From Rebecca billardiae RCC1528 (taxonomy: Eukaryota > Protista > Haptophyta): a stretch of 64,000 nt of DNA. The first letter of the stretch is position 1, and each line of letters begins with the position of its first letter. Positions 22,285 to 37,326 of the stretch are shown one piece after another. Position numbers and translations under genes: made by a program. Under the pieces are notes generated by a model. It ran no database searches. It was given only the letters and a program-made list of their open reading frames with translations, and was not told the origin of the DNA. Location of the stretch: contig OZ251222.1 in NCBI GenBank assembly GCA_965240325.2, positions 4,092,001 to 4,156,000 of the forward strand, written 5' to 3'.

Positions 22285-22977
22285 ATGGCGCTCGTGCATC
22301 CTGCGTGGGGTGTCTGTGCGTCCTTCATCGCCCTCACGCTCGGGCTATGCCGGCTCTGGCTCCACGGGACGTGGCGTGGATGCGTGATTTCCGCAGCCTG
22401 GTGCATCGGCGAAGGCGCGCTTGCTCCTCCCGAAGGCGATCGCCTTCGGCCAGCCCTTGTGGCAGGCGTGTCTGCCATCTCAGTGCTCAACATGCTCGCG
22501 CTGCCGCGATCGTGCGCCACGGTGCGCGCGCGCGTATGGCTGGGGCTCACGGTGGGTGCTCAGCTAGCCGTAATAGTTGCTGCGCTTGTCCCCATGTCGT
22601 GCGGTGCACTGGACACGACAAACTCGCGCTGGATCTATGCTGGATGGAATGATGTCGGCCATGACGCCGCGCTGTTCGTGACGCTTGCCCTGGCGGCTCT
22701 CGCGCGGATGATCGCGCCAGCAGCTCCGCGTGGCCTCGCGCTGCAGCTGCCTTCGCCACTCACTGTGCGCGCACGCCCCGTCGTGACGTGGATGGCGAAC
22801 GTGTGCGCCCCGCTCGCTGTGTACGGCATTTTCCAATGCCCGACGGCGAGCGAACGTCTACGACCAGTGCTGCTCGCACTCGAGCTGGGTGCGCTACTTG
22901 GCGCGCAGCTTGCGCACGTGGTGGTTGTGATAGAGACCATTCGCGTCGAGGCTGCAATGCCTAAGCGGTCCCGCTGA
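22285..22977 (+). CDS. Hypothetical multi-pass membrane protein
   Basis: 230-aa ORF with about 6-7 hydrophobic segments. Confidence 0.6.
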   Translation: MALVHPAWGVCASFIALTLGLCRLWLHGTWRGCVISAAWCIGEGALAPPEGDRLRPALVAGVSAISVLNMLALPRSCATVRARVWLGLTVGAQLAVIVAALVPMSCGALDTTNSRWIYAGWNDVGHDAALFVTLALAALARMIAPAAPRGLALQLPSPLTVRARPVVTWMANVCAPLAVYGIFQCPTASERLRPVLLALELGALLGAQLAHVVVVIETIRVEAAMPKRSR

Positions 22978-23508
22978 GTGATCAGTCCCGCCGTGTCGGA
23001 TGACATGCACGGACCGCGTGTCCAAGCCGAGCCATCGCCGCCAGTAGCAGGCAATATGAATAGCTAATAGCAGGCATACGTATCACTCACTAGTCAATAT
23101 CTACTCAGCACTATAGTAGTGACTATCAGTACATTATTATTACGCGTATGATACACGACCAGAACGACAGTCGATGTCAAATAAATAATAAACTGACTGC
23201 TATGTATTACAGTAACTGAGGACAACCGCCCTGTGCAGGCCGACGCTGTACAGGCGACTCTGTCACGAGTGTGATGACGACTGATGAGTGATGTCTGTCT
23301 GACTCACTCGGTCTCTGACTCGGGCGCCTCATGCCGGACTCAGTGCTGAACTCAGGCGGGACTGTCCGGGCTGTCCGCACTGCGCGCGGGGCGGCGTCGG
23401 GCGTGTCGCGGCGGCCGGCGCCGGCTGCCGAGTCCGGAGTCTGATCGACTGTACTGTAATCTGTATGCTGCGGGCTGCATCATGAATGATCATGGCAGAC
23501 GCTGGGCC

Positions 23509-25192
23509 TCACCTCAACGACAAAGCATCAGCATGATGACCGCCGCCGGCTGCTCGGTGAAGCTGAATCCTTGAAGCAGGTGAGGCTGGCGCCACCATTG
23601 ACGAGGGTGATAGCCCCGACGTCGTATTCTCCTGCACGGATGATGCGCCAGCTCGAGCTGCCTGCATGTACCGCAACAGCACCTCCCGGAGCGCTCGCCC
23701 ATGACCCGACTGCCGCCTGCCTTTTCGCCGGGCGAGGTCGAAGAAGCTCACCTGCGGTGGGATGGAGCCATCTGGGCTCACGTGCAGGTGCTTCTCACGA
23801 ATGAACATGGTCAGGTCGTTGTTCGGCTTGACGAAGAATTTGTGGAGCGCGCTGGTCATGGCGATGTCCACCTGCCGCTTGCGAGTCTTGCGCGTGTTGG
23901 CGCTGACAGGACTCGTGGGGCCGGGCGTCAGGTCCATGCCAAGGCGCTGGGCGAGGTCCGCCATGACGCGGCGATTGTCACCCAGGTAGCGCCCAAAGGG
24001 GATGACGATGAACTGCTCGGCGCGGAAGTAGCGCAGCCATTGGCGCAGCTGCTCTGCGTAGAAGCTTACAAAGAGGCCCCACGTGTCGCAGTCGGGCCAT
24101 GGCCGCGCGACGCCGCGCTTCTTGCACTCGCGCGCCTGCGCCAGAGAGCGCTTGAGCCACTCGGGGTAGCTCGGGTAGCCCGCCCCGGGCCTCTTCCCCC
24201 CATCCTTCAGCCACGGCTGGTGGAGCCAGCCGTCGTCGATGGCGTGGTAGAAGTACGACTCGGTGCGCTCGGCCTGCGGCGCACGGGTCCATTCATACGC
24301 ACGCGGGAGCAGCGGGGCTCGTGAGAGGACGGGCACTGCGCGCGGCCCTCAGATCGACTGGGGCAAGGGCTCAAGCGGCGACGCCGTGTGCGCGCGCGAG
24401 GGGATGGCGTGCTCCCTAGCCGCCACGCACGACGCGGGCGCACACCGGGTCTCGCAGGATCACGATGAAGGTGAGCTTGTCCGCGTTCGCGCCGTACAGC
24501 TCCCGCAGCCGGCGCGGCGCCAGCGGGTAGTTGAGGTAATTGGGCGTCGCGTCGCAGATGACGCCGCGATCCCTCGAGCACAGGGGGAAGTGGTTGAGGT
24601 AGTACCTCGGCCCCTTCGCGAAGTACCGCTCGGTGGAGAAGAAGTGCTTCTCCTTGTCGTGAAACTCAGGCTCGTACGAGTAGCGGTGCCCCGTCTGCAC
24701 GCGCACGGTGCCCCACGAGAGTGCCTGCTGCATCTGTGCGACCAGGCTGGTCGTGCCGCACTTCTGGCAGCCGAGGACGAAGACGGTCGGCGCCTGGCGC
24801 CCGTTCATGCACAGCCATGCCGGCTGCTGAGGCCGGCGCCATGGTCTCCCCACAGGCTGAGGTGTGGCCGACGGGCGGGGCACGGTGGCAGTTCGATTCG
24901 GCGTGCCCCGAGCTGGGAGAGGCGGTGCTGGTTGTGGCGCGGGCTGCGGACGCGCAGGTGCGAGCCCGGATGGCCGATGCGTCGGTACATCGGTAGCATT
25001 CGATAACGAAGTGACGCCACCTTCGTGGGGCGTGGTCGGCCTCTCCACGCGGCCCGAGGGCGTGACACTGACGTCGAGCGCTGGGATGACTTCAAGCCGG
25101 TGTGTGGCGGGCGGGCGCGCCAGGCCGATGGAGATCGCGACGAGTGACCCAAGCGAGAACGTGAGGATGACTGCGGAGGCACACCGCTCCAT
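23509..25192 (-). CDS. Type II membrane sulfotransferase (heparan-sulfate sulfotransferase-like); intron 24274-24445
   Basis: N-terminal TM, Pro-rich stem, GCQKCGTTSL, KEKHFF, DATPNY; splicing restores ILRDP|AERTESYF; YAEQLRQWLRYF. Confidence 0.88.
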
Positions 25193-25306
25193 GGGTGTCA
25201 CGAGCGAGCCATCCACCCGCGGCGCGTTTGCCGCTTGACGCAGTCAACGGACGCCGCTCGAGCGTCGCCTGACGGCACGCGCGCGCAGTGCCAGGTTCCT
25301 GGCAGC

Positions 25307-25702
25307 ATGGCGTCGCTCCGGCACACGGCAGTGGGCGTGTATCGCAAGCTCTTCCGCCGCGTCGTCCTGCTGCCGGTCGATCGGCGCGAGGGCGCGCTCT
25401 CTCAGCTGAGGAGCGAGTTCCGCGAACATGCCAATGTCACCGACGTGGCCGAGATATCGCGGCTCCTTCTAGCTGCGAACTCCAAGCTCGCCTACCTTCG
25501 CATGATCACTCCCACGCCGCGAGTCGAAAAGGGCCAGAGCACCGGCACGTTCGTGTACCGAGACGGCGAGCTACAGGCAGGCCGCGGGCGTGATCCCGGT
25601 GGCGCTCGCCATTCTGCGTACGATGGTTCGAACCTCGACCCCGAGGCCGTCGCTCGCCACCAGCGCCTGATCGATCGCCAACACTTTGGAGGCCGCCGCT
25701 GA
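25307..25702 (+). CDS. LYR-motif (Complex1_LYR-like) protein
   Basis: VYRKLFR ... LRSEFREHAN ... EISRLL pattern. Confidence 0.75.
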   Translation: MASLRHTAVGVYRKLFRRVVLLPVDRREGALSQLRSEFREHANVTDVAEISRLLLAANSKLAYLRMITPTPRVEKGQSTGTFVYRDGELQAGRGRDPGGARHSAYDGSNLDPEAVARHQRLIDRQHFGGRR

Positions 25703-26154
25703 CAGTCTGAGCCTACCGTCGCGCTGGCAGCGCTTGCGGACCGGCGACGGATCGAGAATCGGCGCTTGGCAGTAGCGGGCGTATCATCGTAACTGAGCTT
25801 CTGAGGCTCATGTTGTGCATGTATTGCTATTTGTCAGGCGGCCCACGGGCGCGGCGTGTCGGCGTCGCAGCCTGGGGCGCTGCGGGTGCGGCGCTCCCAG
25901 GACCGGTCACACGTACGGTGTCGCTCCGCGGGTGACGGCGACGCAGACGGCCAGACGCCCAGTGACCTAGTCCCAGACGGGCACGGACCGACTGGCGGAA
26001 TCTGCACTGCCACTGCACACTCGCACTGCACTCAGAGTCAGTGCCAGGCCCCTGAAATTCTGGCACGCAGCCGCGGTCAACCGCCCCGCACCGGGCGGGC
26101 CGGGCCCAGGACAGGCGCGACGACAATAACATATCAATCGCTCCGATCGACTGA

Positions 26155-26202
26155 ATCTCGCCTGCCTGAGCTGTGTGCGTCTCTTATTCTTAGTAAACTG
26201 TA
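26155..26202 (+). repeat. 48-nt dispersed micro-element, copy 1
   Basis: ATCTCGCCTGCCTGAGCTGTGTGCGTCTCTTATTCTTAGTAAACTGTA. Confidence 0.9.
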
Positions 26203-26226
26203 TGTTATTGTCATTCGTGAGACGAA

Positions 26227-26706
26227 TCACTGACGGGGTTGGCGCTCCTTAATGAGCGTTTCCACCACGCGCTCAAGGAACTCGACGCGCTCCTTCAGCT
26301 GCGTGATGGTCGCCTCCGCAGCCGCCTGCTCTGCGCTGCTGAAGGTGGTAATCTCGTAAGCCTCGGGGTGTGGCAGCTCCGCGCGACGCATATTCGGACT
26401 GTGATCAGGCGACGCGTACGAAGCAGCACGATCCGAGGCAGCGGGTGGCGAGGCCGTCGTTCCCAGACCCAACGATGCCGAGGATGTCGGCGGCGCGTGG
26501 TCTGAGTTGCCGAAGAAGCTCGCCATCTCGTCATTTAGCTCACGAATTTGCTCGTCCGTCGGCGGTGGCGCTGGGCCGCGACTCAGATGCCGCGGGAGAG
26601 GAACTCGTCGGGCATCGAATCGCCCCCACAGCCGAGCCGCCGCCATCGCTGAGGAGACCGATAGCGCTACAGTACTCACTAATCTGGCAGCCTGGCCTAT
26701 CGCCAT
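26227..26706 (-). CDS. Hypothetical protein with C-terminal coiled coil
   Basis: 159-aa ATG ORF; ITQLKERVEFLERVVETL heptads. Confidence 0.55.
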   Translation of the reverse strand: MAIGQAARLVSTVALSVSSAMAAARLWGRFDARRVPLPRHLSRGPAPPPTDEQIRELNDEMASFFGNSDHAPPTSSASLGLGTTASPPAASDRAASYASPDHSPNMRRAELPHPEAYEITTFSSAEQAAAEATITQLKERVEFLERVVETLIKERQPRQ

Positions 26707-27503
26707 GACAGCAGCTGTGCTGATGAACTTATAGGCTTAGCTGTGCGACGCTTGCTTGCGCCTGACCACTGACTTGATGATGCATGGGAAGTGAGGTGAG
26801 ACAGGGGAGGCCCGACTCACGCGCTCGGTGCGCTCCCCCGCTGGCCCGGCAAGCCATGGAGCCGATGGCTCTGGCGACTGCCTTTTGGTACGGTGCCTGA
26901 CTGCCTGTCGCGCGAGGCGAGCCGCGTGCCTTCACGTTTGGCCTGCGGCACGCCCGTTTTGCCCGGACGTTCACTGTCCGGCTCAGCCGGGGCGGCTGCA
27001 GATTAGTAAGTTACCACGAGCCTTCGGTCGTTTTCGTCACCATCACATCACTGGGGAGTAGGCTTAATTAATCAGCATGGAGTCGCGACCGGACATATCG
27101 GTCATCGATCGCCATCGAGATCTCTAAAGCCGAGACGTCTCGCCTAAGACGTCTTGGCATACGTCAGCTGCGCGGCTGCGCTGACCGTTGAGCCCAGGAT
27201 TCGCATTGCCGCATTACGGCATAACGCCGGGGCGCATCGTTTACCGAGTACGGGCCCAACAGATCACAGAGTCGGACAGACTCACAGCGGTAGCCGGTAC
27301 TGCGCGTCACGCTGGTGCCCGGGGTGGCCGAGCACGGGACCACGTCGCGGCCACTCACAGAGTCTGACGAGTCGGCCTGCAACGACGCCGGTGATGGCTG
27401 CGAGGCTGCCGGCCATGGCTACCGGCGCGCCCCCACCGCTCGCAATAGGTGAGGCCCCGCCACTCGCCACGCGGCGCTGGTGGGCGCCGCGCGCTGTGCC
27501 GGC

Positions 27504-31563
<4,060 letters not shown>

Positions 31564-31785
31564 CACGGCAAGTGCCGGCGCCCGACCCCTGCCCTCGTCC
31601 AGGCCACGGGGCGGAAGGGCGCGACGTCAGCCCCGGAGGTAGTCGCGAGTCGCGACCTTTTCAGCCGGCACCATCTCGTCCGGATTTGTTTTCTTCGAAT
31701 CCACGATGGCGAGCGCCCGGACGGACGGGTGCGCAAAGCCGCACAACGCACAACAGACATCAGTCAGGCCGTTTTTGTTCGCAGC

Positions 31786-32838
31786 ATGGCGGACAAGGTG
31801 AGCCCACAAGGGCCGAGCCCGCCGCCGGTGGTGCGGAAACCGACGCGCCAGAGGAGCAGCGCGCCGCCGCCTCGTCCTTTCAATCTCATCCCCACGCTCG
31901 ATGTGAAGGCTCATCGTTCAGCCGTGCGCGCGCTCTGCACACATGGCGGCCGGCTTGCAAGTGGCGGCTACGACGGCGCGGTCTGTGTATGGGACGTTTC
32001 CCGCGCAGACCGGCCGGTTAACGCCCTGGGAGGCCCGGAAACGGGCAAGGTGTATACGCTGCTGGATGTGCCGACGCGCGGTCTCCTCGCGTCTGCGGGC
32101 TCAGATGGCCTCATCCGCTTCTGGGACGTCCGGATCGGCGAAAGCATCATGACCCTGCAGGGCCACACGTCCGCTGTGACCACGCTGGCGGCGCGGGCGC
32201 AGAGCAACGAGCTCTTCTCGGGCGGCGGCGACGAACACGTCCTCATATGGGACTTGCGTTCCGGCACGGGCACGAGCGCCCTCCGTGGGCAGAACACCTC
32301 GACACGAGACATGGTGTTTGCGCACGGCGACAACAGCATTCTCTACACGGCGGGAGGCGACGGGCAGATTCGCGCGTGGGACTGCACCCGTGACTTCCGC
32401 GCGTCGGTGCAGCGGTACCACGCGATCGAGCTGCTGCGCGGGCCGATGTTCGGGGTGTCCAGCCTTGTTCTCACGCCTGGACGGCCGCTCCTCGCCTCCG
32501 CCGGCCTGGACAACGTCATCTACTGCTGGGACCTGACTGCGCATGCAGCCCTGACGGGTGCTGGGCGCGTGCGCGCGGCCACGCACGTTCTCAAAGGGCA
32601 CCTCGGCGTGGTGAATGCGGTGGTCTCGTGGGGCGAGACTGTCCTCGTGTCGGCGAGCGCGGACGGCACCGTGCGCGCGTGGGACTCCGCTGCGGAAGAC
32701 GAGGAGGCGGCGCTCATGCGCACGTTCCCGATCGGAGAAGAGTACAGCGTCAGGTCCCTCTTGGCGCTCGAGGACACGCGGCTGTGCACGGGCTCGTCAG
32801 ATGGCCACATGCACGTGTGGCTGCGACTTGATGAGTAG
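31786..32838 (+). CDS. WD40-repeat protein
   Basis: About 7 GH...SG..D..V..WD repeats; first ATG 31786. Confidence 0.9.
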   Translation: MADKVSPQGPSPPPVVRKPTRQRSSAPPPRPFNLIPTLDVKAHRSAVRALCTHGGRLASGGYDGAVCVWDVSRADRPVNALGGPETGKVYTLLDVPTRGLLASAGSDGLIRFWDVRIGESIMTLQGHTSAVTTLAARAQSNELFSGGGDEHVLIWDLRSGTGTSALRGQNTSTRDMVFAHGDNSILYTAGGDGQIRAWDCTRDFRASVQRYHAIELLRGPMFGVSSLVLTPGRPLLASAGLDNVIYCWDLTAHAALTGAGRVRAATHVLKGHLGVVNAVVSWGETVLVSASADGTVRAWDSAAEDEEAALMRTFPIGEEYSVRSLLALEDTRLCTGSSDGHMHVWLRLDE

Positions 32839-34939
32839 TGAAACGGCCGAGCAGTGTCAGACGACCGTCGTCGGCACCGTACTCGGCGCGTATACGTACT
32901 ATAAATCCAAAGTGCAGCAGGCGGCCGGCCCGCGTATATAGCCGCGGCATAGCCGGACAATGTCAATGACGGACAGACGACGGTTATGACGGATGATAGG
33001 AGGGCCGCCGGTAATAGGAGGCGACGACAGCGGCGGCTGAATGTTCGGGCGCACGCATGCGCATAATAATCGACGAATAATATAATAAAAAAACTGTGCC
33101 CTGGCGGGCGGGGCCGGGTCGGCGGGCCGTGCCAGTGCTGTCGCAATGTATCCTCTGCGGGTTCGCGTCTTTCCACATTCGCTCGTGGCCGTGGGTGACG
33201 GACAGTCGAGTGCAAGGACCAGTGACACGTGAAGTTGGCTCCCCGACGTGTACACCGTGACCGGTCTCAGTCTGTACTGCTCGTATGCGCATCAGCGAGG
33301 CCCCACACCCACGAGGGAATGTGCAGCACGCGGGGCGGGCCGGGTAGCCCGTTGCTCCGCGCGAGCGCGGGTACGCGCTGTATGTGCCGCATGTCGACCG
33401 CGACGGCGTAATCGAGCGCCTCGCCGCCGACGAAGCCGCCAGAGTAGATCATGTGCATGTCCTCCTGCCGCCAGCCGAGAGCGGTCGTCGCGAGGATGCT
33501 TGCCGGTGTCCGCTCCAGGCATGATGGGCTCGGCGCAGGTCGCGTTGACGTCGTACACGGCCGCCACGCTGAGCACGAGCGCGTTGACGTTTACGCGGTC
33601 GTCGCTCTTCGCATCTTCGACAGGTCTGGCGCTCGTGTGCTCGGCGGCACGAGGAGCTGTTGGTTGTGCGCGCGCGCGCGCACAGCGACAGCGTGTGCCA
33701 CTCGCGATCGAGAGTGGGCAAGCGCTGCTCACGCGAGCACACGAATCGCAGCGCATCCGTCACCGGCGTGACGACTTCCGCCTCGTCCCGCAGCGCCTGC
33801 GCCATGGACGAGGCCATGGCGCGGCGATGTTGCATGCTCGACGTTTCATCTCTCTGCGGATGGCATCACGGGCTTGTCTGTGTCGCGCTGCGGCGAGGGT
33901 CGCCAACTCGCGATGACGCGGTTGCTGCCACGGCGACAGACCCGGGAGAGGTGCGTCCGCTGCGCGTCGTACGCCGTTGGCGCTGCGCTTCCGTCGCATT
34001 GGTCACCGTCGACGCCATGCAGGCCGGACGTGGGCTTCGGCTGAGGGACCGGACCGCGAGCAATGACTGAGTCCGGTGCGCGGATTCCGGCGATCGAGTT
34101 CAGAAGGCCGCGCCAAATCTTGCGTCGCGTGCGATGGCGCTTCCCGCCCGCGAGACGCCTCGTGATGAGGGCTTTCTCGCACCGAGCCCGACGCGCGACG
34201 GTGGATCGCGCGAGGCGGTCATCGTGCGCAGCGCATGATGCTATGGCCGGTGCGAGCTTTCGACGTGCACGTCGGGCGAGGATCGCCCCAGGTCTCACGA
34301 TCGTGTCGACGCGCCGAGCGTACCGCTCCAAACGCGTCGATTTGGGCCCCGTTCGACCTGCACGCGAGACGACGAGGGCAGCAATCGCGAATCGGGCGAA
34401 ACCCCCCCTCGGGAGTCCTCTCACGATGTCCGCGCCGGCGTTGGATTTGGCGCGCGCCGCCCACGCGCTCCGCGCCATGGGCAACCCTTTTTCGGCCGAG
34501 CGTCCCCAGTGGGAGCTGCGAGGGCGCCCGGTAGTGAGCGAAGCGGTTTTCTTTTCTTGGCGAGGCGATTTTCTTTATTATTTTCTTTTTCTTATCTTTT
34601 TCCCGGGCACTACAAGGGGCGGACCTACGGCCCGCCATTAGTTCTTTCGGAATCGGATCGTCAACTTGATGATGAAGGCTTACTACTAGTATAACTTATA
34701 ATAAGGGCACGGGCATAATATGGCGCGCAGTCTATCAGCAGTCTGATTTGACAATGTCCGTTTCATGCAATATATAATGAGCAGTCGACTACAGTCTGCT
34801 GTCGTGAGACGGTCCGTCTGCCAAGCTGGCAATCGAGTCCGCAAGACGGTAACCTATATAAGGCTATAACATCCATCGACATAAATCCGCCTGCGTGCCA
34901 CTGTCACTGACGATCGAGTCGACGAGACTCACGGTATAA

Positions 34940-35032
<93 letters not shown>

Positions 35033-35045
35033 ATATATGTGTGTG

Positions 35046-35097
<52 letters not shown>
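34940..35097. repeat. Compound microsatellite (TA)n(TG)n(CT)n
   Basis: Direct reading. Confidence 0.95.
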
Positions 35098-35099
<2 letters not shown>

Positions 35100-36119
35100 T
35101 CATCGACATTCGTCGTGACGGTGTCGGTAGCTATCTAAGACTGAGTGAGACTCCGATATCCTTCGTCAATTAATCGTAACGTTAAGAGCGCGCAGGCCTG
35201 GCACTCGTCTAACTCGACAGGCACTCTGACTGAGTGACTCTGTCCAGGGTGCTCCGTAGCAGACACCGTAGCTCACTGTCTGATGACAATCTCTGAGACA
35301 GACGGTCAGACTCAGTCTCTGTGATCGACAGCATTCTGCATTGATATCCGGATCGTGCGAGTAGACATGCTCGCCGACGACTCGGCACGTGGGGGCCGGG
35401 TCATGCCTTGCAGCGCCAGCAGCGCGGGGCCGCCGCGAGTCTCGGCGGTCCGACCGCGCCGCCGGCGCGGAATCGGATCGAATATTCGATGAATCCATCA
35501 TCGTCATTATTGCCGGAGTATCACTATAAGCTAGCGAGTTAGTATGGGCTAATGGGATTTGCTAATGGGGGCAGTGCCGCGCCGCAGCCGCAGGCCGCGT
35601 CAAGGCACTCAAGCCCCCGACAAGCCGTGGACTCGCCATTCCGCCGAGTCCGCGGTCCGCGCGCCACTTATTGGACTTCGGCGGTCCGACGGGCATCCGG
35701 ATTCCGCCGATTCCGGTTGGGGTGGAATGGGGTGATGGAGTCTGGCCAGACGCGAGACGGCGAGAGCATTATAGAGCAGTAGTCTGCAGTACGTACGTAG
35801 CTGCTAGTAGCAGTGCTAGTAGCAGAGAGACCACAGCAGTCCGTCGGAGAGCCCCATCGCCCATGCGGCATGCCGCATGCGGCCCCGATTTATTGCGGGC
35901 TCCGCCCGGCACGGTCCGCCGGTCGACGTCACGGGCCCGGGGCAGTGCCCCGTCGATCGGCTGCTGCGCGCGCATCACGTCCCGACCGTACGGCAGCACA
36001 GAGCGCTAGCCCGACTCATCATCCATGCCATCCAGCGGCACGGGCGCGGCACAGGCGCCGACCCGAGTGTCCCGGCGTCACTCCGATAGATGTTGAAGCC
36101 CGCCAGGCTGTGCTGCCAC

Positions 36120-36680
36120 CTATCCTGGAGAAGGGCATGGCAACTCACCCGAGACAGCGGGTTCGGTTTCCCTGCCTTCCTCGTCTGCGGACGGGGCGAA
36201 TGTGAGCGTACTCAGAGGTTGCTCAAGCCCTGATGGCCTGTGCACGTCGCTGTCGTCGGACTCGGGAACCTGGAGTGGCTCGTAGCTCTCGGCGGGAAAA
36301 GCTCGCCTGCCTGCAGCATCTTCTGAGTCTCCCCCTCCATCTGCCGTGCTCCGGTCCATATCCAGCAGGTTGAGCGCATGGTCGAACTCGTCCGGAAAGT
36401 GCAGGCTCAACCGCTGCTTCAGGTTGCGGATGCGCGTGTACGCACGTGTGAGGTCAGATGCGAGGTGTGTCACCGTCTGTGTGTGTTGTGCAAAACGGGC
36501 CGATACGTGCGTCAAGTTGGCCTCTGCGTGTTCATTGAGGGACGCGAGCGCTTCGTTCGACGCCTGTAAACGTTCCCACACCTGCTCCTGGATCTCGAGG
36601 ATGGCACGTGTGTCTTGCGGGCGGTCGATGGCGGAGACAACATCCGAGAGCCTCGTGAGGTCGTCGTCGGCATCCGCCAT
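36120..36680 (-). CDS. KXD1: KxDL-domain protein (BORC/BLOC-1-associated KXD1-like)
   Basis: ILEIQ...RL..SNE.L..LN......L......F..HT.....L.SDL..AY.RIR.LK..L....P..F pattern. Confidence 0.7.
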   Translation of the reverse strand: MADADDDLTRLSDVVSAIDRPQDTRAILEIQEQVWERLQASNEALASLNEHAEANLTHVSARFAQHTQTVTHLASDLTRAYTRIRNLKQRLSLHFPDEFDHALNLLDMDRSTADGGGDSEDAAGRRAFPAESYEPLQVPESDDSDVHRPSGLEQPLSTLTFAPSADEEGRETEPAVSGELPCPSPG

Positions 36681-37326
36681 CGCTTTCCACCGGAGCCGTG
36701 TCCCCGGAATTCCGGATCCGACCGAAAGACAGCCGACGACAGGCACTGGGCGCATGGCTTCCGGCCGTTGGTCATTGGTCAAGCATGTCTGCCGACTCTG
36801 CCGGCCCGAGCGGGCCCCATGAGGACGAGGGTAGCCATAACGGCTGCCAGGCTCCCGCATGTTAGCGCGTTGTGAGCAGGTAGGCAGGCGACATTGCATG
36901 CGTGTCTTCGTCAGCAATGAGAGCTGGCCCGGCTCGCGCTCATGTGGAACTGCATGGTATCAGAGCGTGTCGCTGCTACATGGCCATGCCGGCTACTGCT
37001 TGTCCAGCCGTTCGTCGACGGGTGAGAGGGCCCGCCCCATTATTTGACCCGGTGGGTGCGCTTTGAGCATGCCATTCGGCTCTAGACACGCTCTAGCTAG
37101 GTACTCTACTGCCGCTGTGGCAGTGACCGCGCGGTCCGCCCGGGACGCGGCCCGCCGGCGCCGCGCCCGCGCCGCCGCGCGCGGGACCGTTCCGGCGGAT
37201 TGGCCAGCGGCTCAGCCCGCTTACAAGTACAAGAGTCAAGGCTGCAGAACGTGCGGGCGACGCAGGACTTGCGATTGCGCCAGCTGCTCACAGAACGAAT
37301 GCTAGCTAACCCGCCACTGTCACTCG

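Noticed and set aside
33248-34641. Possible gene or transposon relic
   Set aside because: Short fragmented ORFs with no recognisable motif and no definable ends
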